37,659 nucleotides of DNA from a virus (IMGVR_UViG_3300038336_000066:1-37659), one strand, 5' to 3'; positions 19,355 to 28,849 are shown, counted from the first letter of the stretch. A program made the numbers and translations. The notes: generated by a model from the letters alone, not told the origin.

Positions 19355-19906
19355 TTACTTTTCAGCTCCTAAAACCCTTTTAATTTCATGGTCTAGTCGA
19401 GTTTTATAAATTTTCATTGCTGCTTTCTCAGTACTTTTTACAATGTCTTTGTTTTTTAATATCTGTGGAACAGAGGGCCCCATTTTTCTAGTAATTGGAA
19501 GTCTGTTTTTTGTAGTTCTTTTAAATATCTTTATACCATGAATATCCGCAACAAATGCTCCTTCAATAGGTTTTAATCCATCTTTTTTAACTGCAACCTT
19601 TAATACTTTAGGTGCTTTACCAGGCTTAGGTTGCGTTGGACTAACCTTGTATTTTTCTAGCCCTAGTTTTGAACCTTTTGAAATAACAAGCGCCTTCAAA
19701 TTGCTTTTTGATGCTTTTTTAAGAGTAAATGTTGTACTAATGTCTTTTGATTTTAAATGATAAAGAATCCTTGCTTCTTTATTAGCGGTAGTTTTCATGT
19801 TAGCTGTAGCTCTATTAATCGCTCTTGACATAACCGCTGGGGTTTCTTTTTTTTGTTTTCCTAACTTACCTTCTGTCTTTCCCTTTTCATAACTTAAATT
19901 TATCAA
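19355..19906 (-). CDS. Minor tail protein Z-like
   Basis: Basic protein; RAINR, RLPI...GPSVPQ, RLDHEI. Confidence 0.8.
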   Translation of the reverse strand: MINLSYEKGKTEGKLGKQKKETPAVMSRAINRATANMKTTANKEARILYHLKSKDISTTFTLKKASKSNLKALVISKGSKLGLEKYKVSPTQPKPGKAPKVLKVAVKKDGLKPIEGAFVADIHGIKIFKRTTKNRLPITRKMGPSVPQILKNKDIVKSTEKAAMKIYKTRLDHEIKRVLGAEK

Positions 19907-20223
19907 GAATCAATCGCCACCAATTCAATAATATAAAGCATTCCTTCTTCATTAACGTCATAACATTTGAACTTATCTCCATCAATACTTATTCGTTCTC
20001 CACATACTGGTTTAATTCCATATTCACTTTTTTTCACATAAAAAAGAACGTTCACCTCGTACAAGCCATCGTCTCCGATAATCTTTGATGCATGTTCTTT
20101 TAATTGTTCTTTGTCAATGATGATTTCCATATCAACACCATTGACCTTGTGAATTTCTGAAAAATCGTCTGTATTGATAAAAGTATTTAAATCACTTTCA
20201 AGTAAATCTTTTAATTTCAGCAT
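19903..20223 (-). CDS. Head-tail joining (closure) protein
   Basis: D....F.N.DDF...H..NG, P..GE.I.IDG; position after capsid. Confidence 0.7.
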   Translation of the reverse strand: MLKLKDLLESDLNTFINTDDFSEIHKVNGVDMEIIIDKEQLKEHASKIIGDDGLYEVNVLFYVKKSEYGIKPVCGERISIDGDKFKCYDVNEEGMLYIIELVAIDS

Positions 20224-20238
20224 CTTATCACCTTTACT

Positions 20239-20577
20239 TTATTTAGCCTGATGCTCTAAAATAGTTGTTTCAATGAATTCAACTAATCCTTTTCTGCTCT
20301 TTCCAGAAGATTCTTGCTCTAGAAGATTATCAAGTTGGTCAATATCATCAATACTTTGAATGCGTTTCTTTGCATCTTCAATGTTTAATTTTGATAGATC
20401 AAAGTCATTGCTATCAGCAACTTCTTCATCATCTGCTTCCTCATCGTCAACTCTTGAACAATAGCCTTTTTCAATTAGCATCTCTTCATCTTCTATGGAG
20501 AGATCTTCTACAATCTCTCCAACGTTATACTCAATTTTATTGCTTCTGACTTTGTATTTTTTAACTATTACTGCCAT
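20239..20577 (-). CDS. Acidic head-associated protein (lambda gpFI position)
   Basis: 112-aa ORF with RBS immediately after the major capsid gene; two small domains with an acidic linker. Confidence 0.6.
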   Translation of the reverse strand: MAVIVKKYKVRSNKIEYNVGEIVEDLSIEDEEMLIEKGYCSRVDDEEADDEEVADSNDFDLSKLNIEDAKKRIQSIDDIDQLDNLLEQESSGKSRKGLVEFIETTILEHQAK

Positions 20578-20590
20578 ATGTATGTACCTC

Positions 20591-21646
20591 CTAATAGACT
20601 ACAGCAACATACCAATCATCAATGTCATTTGGCACTGGCAATGGTCTAGCACTTAATCTTAATTTTGTAATATCGTTTTTCTCATCAACGATATTTTTAG
20701 GTATCCTTTGTCCTTCATATGTAACAAATGAACCTGACTCAATCTGAGTAACAGCGCCATATAACCTTTTACCCATGTTAATACTACCCATGATTAAATG
20801 TTTTTCAGGCATCATGGCTTTTTCAACACCATCATCATCAATGAACCATTCATCATATTGATAGATTTCTAAGCCAAGATCAGGGAGAAATGCAACAAGT
20901 GTTACAGCTGGACTGATGATTTTAGGTTCAACTTTTCCAAAAGTGTATCTTGAAACGTCATTAAGTTTCTGAATAACTGGATGATTAATAAATATAGTTG
21001 CTACATCAGATGCCATTACAACTACATTAGGTGCTTTACCTGTTGATTTAATTACACCTTGTCTCCATATTTTTAAATCATTATGTGGATCAGATGTAGT
21101 TGGCGCATCCCATTTTTCTTCTCCAGTTAAAGTTACTTTCTGAGTAAATCCATAATCTACTTCCTGATCAACTGTAGATTCGGTTTTATCGTCAATGATG
21201 CCTTTCATTGTAACTTTCCCATTAAGAAGAATTTCTCTACACATCCACTCTTCTCTTCTGGTAATTTGTTCATCAAGATCAGCTAAATCTTCTCCAGTTA
21301 ATTCAGCAGCTCTTTGAGCAGGAGTCTTGATACTGTAAACTGATTCTCCCATTTGTCTGCTTGAGATATCATCTACAGTAGTAATCTTTTCAGGCGCAAT
21401 TTTAGGCACTGAATATGTATCAGTTCTATATCCTTCTCTACTTACTGGAACACCACCTACACGAGGTGCTACAAAAGGAGCCATTTTTCTTCTACCCTTT
21501 TTGAAATCTACATCAATCTTACTAGCAACACTCGTTTGTATTTTAGAGAAAAAAGTATCTCTAAAGAATGAGTACGCTGGTTTCATCAAAACAACCGCTG
21601 TCATCATTTCTCTTGTTGAATAAATTTGAATATTATTATCACCCAT
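20591..21646 (-). CDS. Major capsid protein (lambda gpE family)
   Basis: FFRDTFF, MAPFVAP, RREEWMC, RPLPVP. Confidence 0.92.
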   Translation of the reverse strand: MGDNNIQIYSTREMMTAVVLMKPAYSFFRDTFFSKIQTSVASKIDVDFKKGRRKMAPFVAPRVGGVPVSREGYRTDTYSVPKIAPEKITTVDDISSRQMGESVYSIKTPAQRAAELTGEDLADLDEQITRREEWMCREILLNGKVTMKGIIDDKTESTVDQEVDYGFTQKVTLTGEEKWDAPTTSDPHNDLKIWRQGVIKSTGKAPNVVVMASDVATIFINHPVIQKLNDVSRYTFGKVEPKIISPAVTLVAFLPDLGLEIYQYDEWFIDDDGVEKAMMPEKHLIMGSINMGKRLYGAVTQIESGSFVTYEGQRIPKNIVDEKNDITKLRLSARPLPVPNDIDDWYVAVVY

Positions 21647-21662
21647 TGTTTATAGCCTCCTA

Positions 21663-22034
21663 TTAATTAATATCTTTTAAAAAGATACCATTTTTTCTTA
21701 GTTCGTCTTCATGCATTTCTGCTGTGTCCGTTGAGTCAAAAATTAAAGCACCACGGTTTAATTCACCAGATTGATAACATAGTGCTACAACTTCTTCCGT
21801 TGCATCTACATCATCTGCTAAAACAAACTTTGCTTCTTGACTGCCATCTACAGATGCAGCCGCACAAAATAATCCTTTACTTGTTGCCGTTACAATACCT
21901 AATACACTACCTTTTTTTAATACTCCTTGCCCAGCTGCTACAACAACACCTTTAACCAATAAGGGTACATTATTACCAGCAACAAGGTTATCATATTCGA
22001 TTGAACCTACTTCACCATATAAACTTTCTGTCAT
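21663..22034 (-). CDS. Head decoration protein (gpD-like)
   Basis: LKKGSVLG, DGSQ....VLADD, GELN; between protease and capsid. Confidence 0.85.
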   Translation of the reverse strand: MTESLYGEVGSIEYDNLVAGNNVPLLVKGVVVAAGQGVLKKGSVLGIVTATSKGLFCAAASVDGSQEAKFVLADDVDATEEVVALCYQSGELNRGALIFDSTDTAEMHEDELRKNGIFLKDIN

Positions 22035-23167
22035 TAGTTTTCCCTCCTATTATTTGCTCCTGCAACCATTGCGTTAACTGTTTCTTGAGAAGCTGTTGCT
22101 TTGGCTTCTTCCTCTTGGGTATTTGGTTTTACTCCAACACCAGTAACATTTGAATTAGTTGCATCGTCTGCAACTTCTTTAAGATGGTTAATACCTTTTT
22201 GTGCATCATTTTTAATTGCTTCAAAAGCAAGTTCTTGAGCGCTCATAACTGTATCACCATATTTAGCATTTACGACCAATGTGGGATCAAGAGTATTTGC
22301 TATTTCATCAATAGCTTTTAATCTGTCTCTCTCATTTTTTGAACTTTCTTCTCTAGTTGTATCAATCACTTGATTCACTAAATCAGGATAAGCATTTTTT
22401 AAATCTTCTACCGTTTTAATTTCCACGTCTTGAAGACCTCCTTCATTTTGATTATTTTTAATAGTCTCAGTTAAGTTCTGAGTACTAGTGTTACTTGATT
22501 CAGAGATAAACTTGTTCTTTTCTAGCCTTGCTACAAGTGTTTTAAAATGTGAGATATCATGAGAAACATTATTTACACATAACATGTTACCATTCATGAC
22601 ATTTGTAGCTTCTTCAAATAATAATGAATCAGCAAATCCCATTTCTACAGCCTCTTCACCTGTAAGCCATGTTTCATCTGACATTAATTCAGAAAGCTCA
22701 TCCCTAGTCATTCCCGTTCTACTTTCATAAGTAGATAAGATTGCCTCTTTAACAGTATCTAATGTGTCCGCTAACTTCCTAAAACTTTCAGCGTTATAAT
22801 TCCCCCACAAAGTGTAGGAAGGATCATGAATCATCATCATTCCATTTCGAGGTATCTTGATTTCATCTCCAGCCATTGCAATAATAGTGGCTGCACTAGC
22901 TGCTATTCCATCAATAATCACTGTAATCTTTGCATTGTTATCCCTAAGCTGTGTATAAATTGCTGTTGCAGCTGATACACTTCCACCACCACTGTTGATT
23001 CTTACAATAATATTGTCTTTACTCCCAAGATTTTTCAAATCTTTTGCAAACTTTTTGGGTGTGATTAGTTCATCCCACCAACTTTCTTGACTAGCAATTT
23101 CACCGTACAACATAAGTTCGGCTGTTGATTCTGATTTGTTTTTAAATTCCCAAAATGCATTAGGCAT
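22034..23167 (-). CDS. ClpP-like head maturation protease/scaffold
   Basis: RINSGGG, DGIAASAAT, MMIHDP, ETWL; start moved to MPNAFW behind AAGGAG. Confidence 0.92.
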   Translation of the reverse strand: MPNAFWEFKNKSESTAELMLYGEIASQESWWDELITPKKFAKDLKNLGSKDNIIVRINSGGGSVSAATAIYTQLRDNNAKITVIIDGIAASAATIIAMAGDEIKIPRNGMMMIHDPSYTLWGNYNAESFRKLADTLDTVKEAILSTYESRTGMTRDELSELMSDETWLTGEEAVEMGFADSLLFEEATNVMNGNMLCVNNVSHDISHFKTLVARLEKNKFISESSNTSTQNLTETIKNNQNEGGLQDVEIKTVEDLKNAYPDLVNQVIDTTREESSKNERDRLKAIDEIANTLDPTLVVNAKYGDTVMSAQELAFEAIKNDAQKGINHLKEVADDATNSNVTGVGVKPNTQEEEAKATASQETVNAMVAGANNRREN

Positions 23168-24749
23168 TGTTATTTTCTCCTTCCTTTGTAGGCAACATAC
23201 TGGCTTCACCTAAAGCCTTGTTTTCTCTAGATATTTGTGTAACATTATCATCAAAGTTACCACCAGTGAGCTCCATTGTTTCTCTTTCCCTTGTACTAAA
23301 TCCATTAGCAACCTTTAAAGCAGATGCAGTAACCTCTTGTACTGGATTAATCTGTCCTGGAGATGGTCCAATCCATTCAGACCCACACCATGCATTTTTA
23401 ATTGATGGGTCATTAAAATATCCTGGTGCTTTGATACGTCCTCTAGCTACTGCCTCTGAAAGCCATATTTCATAAATCGGTTGGCAAAAATCGTCTGCAA
23501 ACCATGTTCTTCTCATTCGAAATGATTTCCACGCTTCAAGTAGTGCAGCTCTACTTGCCGAATAGGAAGCTTCAAATGACTTGATTAGTAATTCAAAGGG
23601 TATCTCAAGTGCTGCACCAATCATTTTTAGAATTGATCTAACGAATGGATCAAATCCACTAGCTGGTCTTTTAGCATCTGCAATAACAACATCTTCACCC
23701 GGGCCAAGAATGTTAATTGTTCCAGCACCAAGTTCATATGAATTAGGGTCAAAATCATCAACTCTTTGCTCTTGAGGTATTGATTGCTCCCAAGTATTAT
23801 CATTTCTTGAACCCTCTTGCTTTATAAATGCTGTAAAAAAAGCAGTTACAACAGCTGCAGTAAGTTCTGCTTCTGTGTATCTGCTAATTTGCTTTAGTGA
23901 TTCAATTACTGGAGCAAGGTAAGGAACCCCTCTATATTGTTCACATCGTTCTGATTCCATCAATTGAAGTACGTTCGGGTTTCCTGTGTTTTTACCAAAT
24001 GCTTCAACTCTTGTCCAATCTTTTTTAATCATGTTGTTGTCTGAGGGATATGAATTACAAATCCAATATGCTACAACGGCACCATTTGAGTTTATTTCTA
24101 CTCCATTATAGATTAAGTTGCCATTAGCAGCTTTCTTTATTTCATTATCTAAAGTAAGCCAATTACCATTAACATCTTTTTGGGGAGTTGATATTCTATC
24201 CGCTTCAATAAGATAAATATTTAATGAATATGGCATAAATCTAGTTATATCTTGCTGCTTAATAAGTGCCCATCCATCACCATTCATTAGCCAAGACATT
24301 AGTGCAATTTGTTGTAATTCGAAAAAATTATTAAGACGTGTTGCATCACACCATCTAGATTTTGCCCAAAGATTAAATTCCCTCTCTGTATTTTTTTCCC
24401 ACTGATCAGCAGCCTCTTGAGTTATACCAAGTCTTGTAAAATCTATTCTGCTTTTAAGTTTAAGTCCTTGTCCAACAACATTTGTTCTGTTGGTCTTAAT
24501 TGCAGACGTAGCAATTGGAGCATTCATAAACAATTGTCTTGATCTACTTCTCAAGGTGGGTAAATTTTTATCAATATCCTTAAATGGGCTCTCGCTTTTA
24601 TCTGTCCAACCCTTCATTGACTTCTTGTCATGACTTGCACCACTCCCAGAATAACCACTATTAAGTATGTCTGTTTTTACTCTGGCAATTTCTCTTTCAA
24701 GACCCTTTTGAGGACTAAAGTAGTTTATTGTTTTGTCTATAATATTCAC
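23160..24749 (-). CDS. Portal protein, lambda family
   Basis: LRSRSR.L, QYRGVP, SYSASRAALLE, INPVQEV. Confidence 0.93.
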   Translation of the reverse strand: MNIIDKTINYFSPQKGLEREIARVKTDILNSGYSGSGASHDKKSMKGWTDKSESPFKDIDKNLPTLRSRSRQLFMNAPIATSAIKTNRTNVVGQGLKLKSRIDFTRLGITQEAADQWEKNTEREFNLWAKSRWCDATRLNNFFELQQIALMSWLMNGDGWALIKQQDITRFMPYSLNIYLIEADRISTPQKDVNGNWLTLDNEIKKAANGNLIYNGVEINSNGAVVAYWICNSYPSDNNMIKKDWTRVEAFGKNTGNPNVLQLMESERCEQYRGVPYLAPVIESLKQISRYTEAELTAAVVTAFFTAFIKQEGSRNDNTWEQSIPQEQRVDDFDPNSYELGAGTINILGPGEDVVIADAKRPASGFDPFVRSILKMIGAALEIPFELLIKSFEASYSASRAALLEAWKSFRMRRTWFADDFCQPIYEIWLSEAVARGRIKAPGYFNDPSIKNAWCGSEWIGPSPGQINPVQEVTASALKVANGFSTRERETMELTGGNFDDNVTQISRENKALGEASMLPTKEGENNNA

Positions 24750-24760
24750 CTTAATACCTC

Positions 24761-24997
24761 CTATAAATCTCTAGGTGTAATTCTAAAGGATTTTCTAGAT
24801 GCACCTGTTATTTCTTTCTTTGTTAATTCATCAACCGTTTTTTCTAATTCCTTAATTGCATCTTGAACAGTCTTTAAATCAGCTCTTTTTAGGCTGCGAG
24901 TTCCGATTTTATACTCTTGACCAGCAAGTATTGCCTTTTCTGCATCATAATATTGATTTAGACGTTCTTTTGTCATCGTAAGTCTAGTTTCAGCCAT
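24761..24997 (-). CDS. Head completion protein (gpW-like)
   Basis: AEKAILAGQEYKIGTRSLKRADL; start moved to MAETRL behind AGGTGA. Confidence 0.8.
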   Translation of the reverse strand: MAETRLTMTKERLNQYYDAEKAILAGQEYKIGTRSLKRADLKTVQDAIKELEKTVDELTKKEITGASRKSFRITPRDL

Positions 24998-25016
24998 GTT
25001 ATTTATCACCTGCTTT

Positions 25017-26900
25017 CTAAATTTCAATACCCCTATTAACCACACCTCTTCGAGGTTTTTGACTATTATCAACTCTAATATTTTGATTAGGCTTGTTTTT
25101 AATAGTCTTTTCAAGCACATCAAAGGGTGGATTAAGTATTTCAACTGCTGCTGTAGCATAATTTCTTAAGTCTAGCGCTTCATTTCTTGCTCCACTTTTT
25201 TTCTTTTTCCACTCAAATTGCCTTTCTCCTTTAGAATATTTAACTACTCTACGCTCACTAGTGAGTGCTTTAAAGTAATATTGGTCATAACCACGACCAC
25301 TTTCAATAGGAAAGTGACAATATCCAGTCTCTTCTTCAAACTGCACTTTTAATCTTGATATTAATTTTGACTTTCCTGCATCAACACCAAGAGTAAATAA
25401 GGCGCATTTTTCTTTATTACTCCTTGTTGGCTTTCCAATAAAAGGGATTCCATACCCACCCTTACCTTTTATAGCAAATATCCTTCGATGTTCTCTTTTT
25501 TTGCAGAATTTATATACATCTGAAGCATTATAACCACTATCAACGCAACAGCATGATATCATTAACTTGTTTCCATCTTCAAAACTAAATTCTTTCATTA
25601 AGTACTGGTCTAGGTCTTTCCAAACCATATCATTGGTAGTGTCACCCATAAATTGTCTGTATTCAATACCCCATGATTCAAAATTATGACTCCAACCAAC
25701 TACTTCTATTTCTAATCTATCATCTTGGACGTCAACCCCAGCTGTAATTATGAGTACCTTGTCAGGTAGTTCACATCCATAGCGTTCCCTTCTCTTAAGA
25801 AGAGCCTCTTCATCGGCCATTTCACCCTCTTGATCTTCCCAAGATTCCCCAAGCGTTGTATTAACCCATGTTTTTAATACTTCTTTACCCTTAGCTTTAG
25901 CCTCTCTAAAGTTATCTATGATAGTACCCCAGCGTTCCCATGGACTAGCTAGTGCGTTTAAATGAAAACCACGCACATTAGTAATCTCTGGTTTGCTAGG
26001 TATCCATATGCCTGGCTGTTCTTTCCATTCAAATTCAGAAAAACGTTCTTTACAATATTTACATTCCATTGTTTCATCATCAAATCTAATTTGAGACCAT
26101 GATAATGGTTGATATCTTCCACACATTGGACATGCTAAATTCCATTCTTCTTTAGAGCTTGCTTCAAATTCAACTTCAATTCTAGAAGTCTCTTTATCTG
26201 TCGGGGTAGATACAAATATCTTTTTCTTATTATGAAATGTTGTTGTTCTTTTTTCTGCTAAACTTAATGGATCACCTTCATTGCCGGCTGAAAGAGGAAA
26301 TCTATCTACTTCATCGGCCAGTAATATCCTAATTGGTCTACTCGATAAGTTTGTAGGTGAGTTTGCCCCAACCATAACAACGTATCCCCCTGGGAATCCT
26401 TTTTCAAGGATGGTATTGTCACCATCCCTAGATTTACTTTCACTAATCTTATCTTTTATTGCTGGTGTATCTCTAATCATAGTTGCAAGACGTTTTTTGG
26501 AAAACGCTTTTGCAAGTAACTCTGTTGGCATTACTACCATTATCGGAGCTGGGTCATAATCAATATGATAACCAATGATATTTAGTTGGATTTCTGTTTT
26601 TCCAACTTGTGAAGAGCACATTACCACTATTTTCTCTACTTCTGGATCACTAACTGCGTCCATAATCTCTTTTTGATATGGCGCTCTATCAGTTCTCCAT
26701 TGCCCCGGCTCTGCAGAACTTTCAGATGAAAGTTTTCTATATTGATCTGCCCACTCACTAACGGTTAACTTAGGTGGTGGCGATAATATTCTAGCAATTT
26801 CTTTGAACAATCTAAGGGTTTTAGCTTTAATTGTTTTCTTGGTTTTCGTATTCTTCTTCGTTTTCGCTGTCAATTTCTTCATCTTCCTCTTCATCTTCAT
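25017..26900 (-). CDS. terL: Terminase large subunit, GpA family (exact start uncertain, 26873-26900)
   Basis: SQVGKT Walker A, LADEVD Walker B, STPT, GVDVQDDR, RNEALD. Confidence 0.95.
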   Translation of the reverse strand: MKMKRKMKKLTAKTKKNTKTKKTIKAKTLRLFKEIARILSPPPKLTVSEWADQYRKLSSESSAEPGQWRTDRAPYQKEIMDAVSDPEVEKIVVMCSSQVGKTEIQLNIIGYHIDYDPAPIMVVMPTELLAKAFSKKRLATMIRDTPAIKDKISESKSRDGDNTILEKGFPGGYVVMVGANSPTNLSSRPIRILLADEVDRFPLSAGNEGDPLSLAEKRTTTFHNKKKIFVSTPTDKETSRIEVEFEASSKEEWNLACPMCGRYQPLSWSQIRFDDETMECKYCKERFSEFEWKEQPGIWIPSKPEITNVRGFHLNALASPWERWGTIIDNFREAKAKGKEVLKTWVNTTLGESWEDQEGEMADEEALLKRRERYGCELPDKVLIITAGVDVQDDRLEIEVVGWSHNFESWGIEYRQFMGDTTNDMVWKDLDQYLMKEFSFEDGNKLMISCCCVDSGYNASDVYKFCKKREHRRIFAIKGKGGYGIPFIGKPTRSNKEKCALFTLGVDAGKSKLISRLKVQFEEETGYCHFPIESGRGYDQYYFKALTSERRVVKYSKGERQFEWKKKKSGARNEALDLRNYATAAVEILNPPFDVLEKTIKNKPNQNIRVDNSQKPRRGVVNRGIEI

Positions 26901-27435
26901 CTTCTAATGCAATGTAGTCCTGTGATAAGAATACTTCTGAATTATACTCCGATAACTCTTCTAAAACTTCAATAACTTCTTTCTCTATCATAGATTGAAT
27001 GACAGGTATGTTATCTCTTGCTAATAATATAGGTGCTAACTTGGAAGGAACATTCATCAATCTAGCTCTAAAGTTTGATAGCATATGTTCCATTACATGC
27101 TTAACGTCCTGTGCCTCGTGTACTTCACCTTTTATCTTAGCAAGTGTAATTTCAGCTATTTCTCTTTTAACTTTTTCATGTATTGCATGTTCATCATCAT
27201 AATTTAGTTCTTTGACTTTAGAACCTTCAATATCTTTATTCGTTTTTATAAATGCTATGTACTTTTGTACACTTGATATCAATGCATACTTTCCTCTAGC
27301 TGCTTTATCTATTAATCCTTCTTCTGCAAACTGTCTAACTCTACGATCAGTAACGTTTAATATTTTAGCCATTACTGTTCCTGAAACTGTAAGGGTATTT
27401 ATATTTTCATTTGAATCATTTTTGTGGTCCATCAT
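26827..27435 (-). CDS. terS: Terminase small subunit, Nu1-like
   Basis: N-terminal wHTH (MAKILNVTDRRVRQ...GKY); upstream of TerL. Confidence 0.88.
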   Translation of the reverse strand: MMDHKNDSNENINTLTVSGTVMAKILNVTDRRVRQFAEEGLIDKAARGKYALISSVQKYIAFIKTNKDIEGSKVKELNYDDEHAIHEKVKREIAEITLAKIKGEVHEAQDVKHVMEHMLSNFRARLMNVPSKLAPILLARDNIPVIQSMIEKEVIEVLEELSEYNSEVFLSQDYIALEDEDEEEDEEIDSENEEEYENQENN

Positions 27436-27508
27436 GGCTCATTCCTTTTCTTTTTATTCGTGCGGAACTGGAAACCCTCTAAAAATATTATTTGTAACTA
27501 AACACGCT

Positions 27509-27555
27509 TTGGGCGTCTGAGCACCCGCAAGTGATGTAAGTCGCTGGAAGTACCT
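27509..27555 (-). other. Lambda-like cos site (cosQ-cosN)
   Basis: Minus strand AGGTACT-N18-TTGCG|GGTGCTCAGACG|CCCAA upstream of terS; same geometry as lambda GGGTCCT-N18-TTACG|GGGCGGCGACCT (lambda sequence recalled, not looked up). Confidence 0.7.
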
Positions 27556-27667
27556 TTTAGCCTTTAAATATATTTAAAAGTATCTATTATGGTGTCCATG
27601 GTAGTTGAGAATTAATATATTGATTGTAGCATATATTATAATCTAGAAAATAAAGGAGGTTTGTATT

Positions 27668-27796
27668 ATGAGAATGAACTTAATGGATAGCAATGCATTC
27701 GAACGTCAAAGTTCCAATATAACAATGCGCGTAACTATCATGTTTATTGGTTTCATTCTACCTATTGTACTAATAGACTTTATATGTACTAGGTAG
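27668..27796 (+). CDS. 42-aa single-TM peptide, antisense to the late operon; not in the ORF track
   Basis: AAAGGAGGT RBS, TATAAT 27637-42; MRMNLMDSNAFERQSSNITMRVTIMFIGFILPIVLIDFICTR. Confidence 0.65.
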   Translation: MRMNLMDSNAFERQSSNITMRVTIMFIGFILPIVLIDFICTR

Positions 27797-27810
27797 GGGG
27801 TTAGTTATTT

Positions 27811-27873
27811 AGGAAGTTCCAAGCATGTCTTGGTCTTCCATTCAGGAAGCTCCAAGTATATCTTGGTCTTCCA
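27811..27873. repeat. Tandem 30-bp direct repeat, each copy a hairpin
   Basis: AGGAAGTTCCAAGCATGTCTTGGTCTTCCA (27811-40) and AGGAAGCTCCAAGTATATCTTGGTCTTCCA (27844-73); 27/30 identical. Confidence 0.9.
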
Positions 27874-27903
27874 CCCCCCTCATAATACAAATAATATACA
27901 AAT

Positions 27904-27971
27904 ATGAAGTGGATAAATAGTTAATATCACTCTTATTCAAGTGATGCTGCTATGAAACCCACTTCATTTTT
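27904..27971 (+). terminator. Long hairpin with T-tract
   Basis: ATGAAGTGG...ATCACT-loop-AGTGAT...CCACTTCAT followed by TTTT. Confidence 0.6.
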
Positions 27972-28142
27972 CATTTTTCATTTATTAGTATATCTGATGA
28001 TTAATCCTACATTTAGAATATAGATCAACTTATTTTATATTCCCAAGTATTATTTTGATTACGATAATTCATGGTAATTTACAAATAATAAATACATAGA
28101 ATATACAATTAAAGTTATTAAAAATCCTTTTTACTCTATTGT

Positions 28143-28252
28143 GTTGAGTTTGTCATATCTTACTATTGTGTTAAACTCAACGAAAATTTTTCCTTCTATA
28201 TATATAATTAAAAACATATATGTGAGTTTGACAAAACATTAATATGACAAAC
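28143..28252. repeat. Two related palindromic sites, putative tyrosine-recombinase binding/crossover sites
   Basis: GTTGAGTTTGTCATA-N9-TGTGTTAAACTCAAC (28143-81) and GTTTGACAAA-N7-TATGACAAAC (28226-52), 12 bp from the recombinase stop. Confidence 0.65.
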
Positions 28253-28264
28253 AGAATTCAATCA

Positions 28265-28849
28265 TCAACTTGATTTCCTTAACTTCTTATATTTAAAATC
28301 TTTTACAGCCTTATTTTTCATCTCTTGAGTTAAACCAATATATCTCTTTGTAATACTAAAATGAGAATGGCCATAAATCTCTTGTAATGTAATAATATCT
28401 CCAGTTTGTTGATAATAATGATATCCAAAAGTCTTTCTCATCGTATGACACCCAATATTTTGTAGTTTAAAATACTTTGCAGCTACGTTGAGGATATAAT
28501 ATGCTTGCTGTCTTGAAATTGGTCCGTATATACCTTTACCATTTTTTTGTCTTGAAGCAAACAAATATTCATAATCTTTTTTCCCATCTATATAGTGATC
28601 CAGTATTTTTCTCAATTCACTATTGATTGGGAATAGTTGTTCATTGCCAGTTTTCTTCTCACGTATAGATACGAAATCCTTGTTACGAACATCGCGTACT
28701 TTCCAATCTAATATATCAGATATCCTTATGGGAGCATATATTCCTGTTGACCAAAGCACAAAATTTCTATATGATGATAACCTTAAAAACTCTCCAATGT
28801 CTTCTATAAGTTCAAAGTCTCTTATTGGCTGTACAGTATTCAATATCAT
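28265..28849 (-). CDS. Tyrosine recombinase, catalytic domain only
   Basis: R (IRISD), K (EKKTG), HTMR, GHS and Y (RYIG) all intact in 194 aa. Confidence 0.92.
   Translation of the reverse strand: MILNTVQPIRDFELIEDIGEFLRLSSYRNFVLWSTGIYAPIRISDILDWKVRDVRNKDFVSIREKKTGNEQLFPINSELRKILDHYIDGKKDYEYLFASRQKNGKGIYGPISRQQAYYILNVAAKYFKLQNIGCHTMRKTFGYHYYQQTGDIITLQEIYGHSHFSITKRYIGLTQEMKNKAVKDFKYKKLRKSS

Noticed and set aside
27811-27873. CRISPR mini-array
   Set aside because: Only two repeats separated by 3 bp; no spacers and no cas genes.
28265-28849. Prophage integrase marking an att site
   Set aside because: It lacks N-terminal binding domains and sits inside the late operon, with phage genes on both sides.
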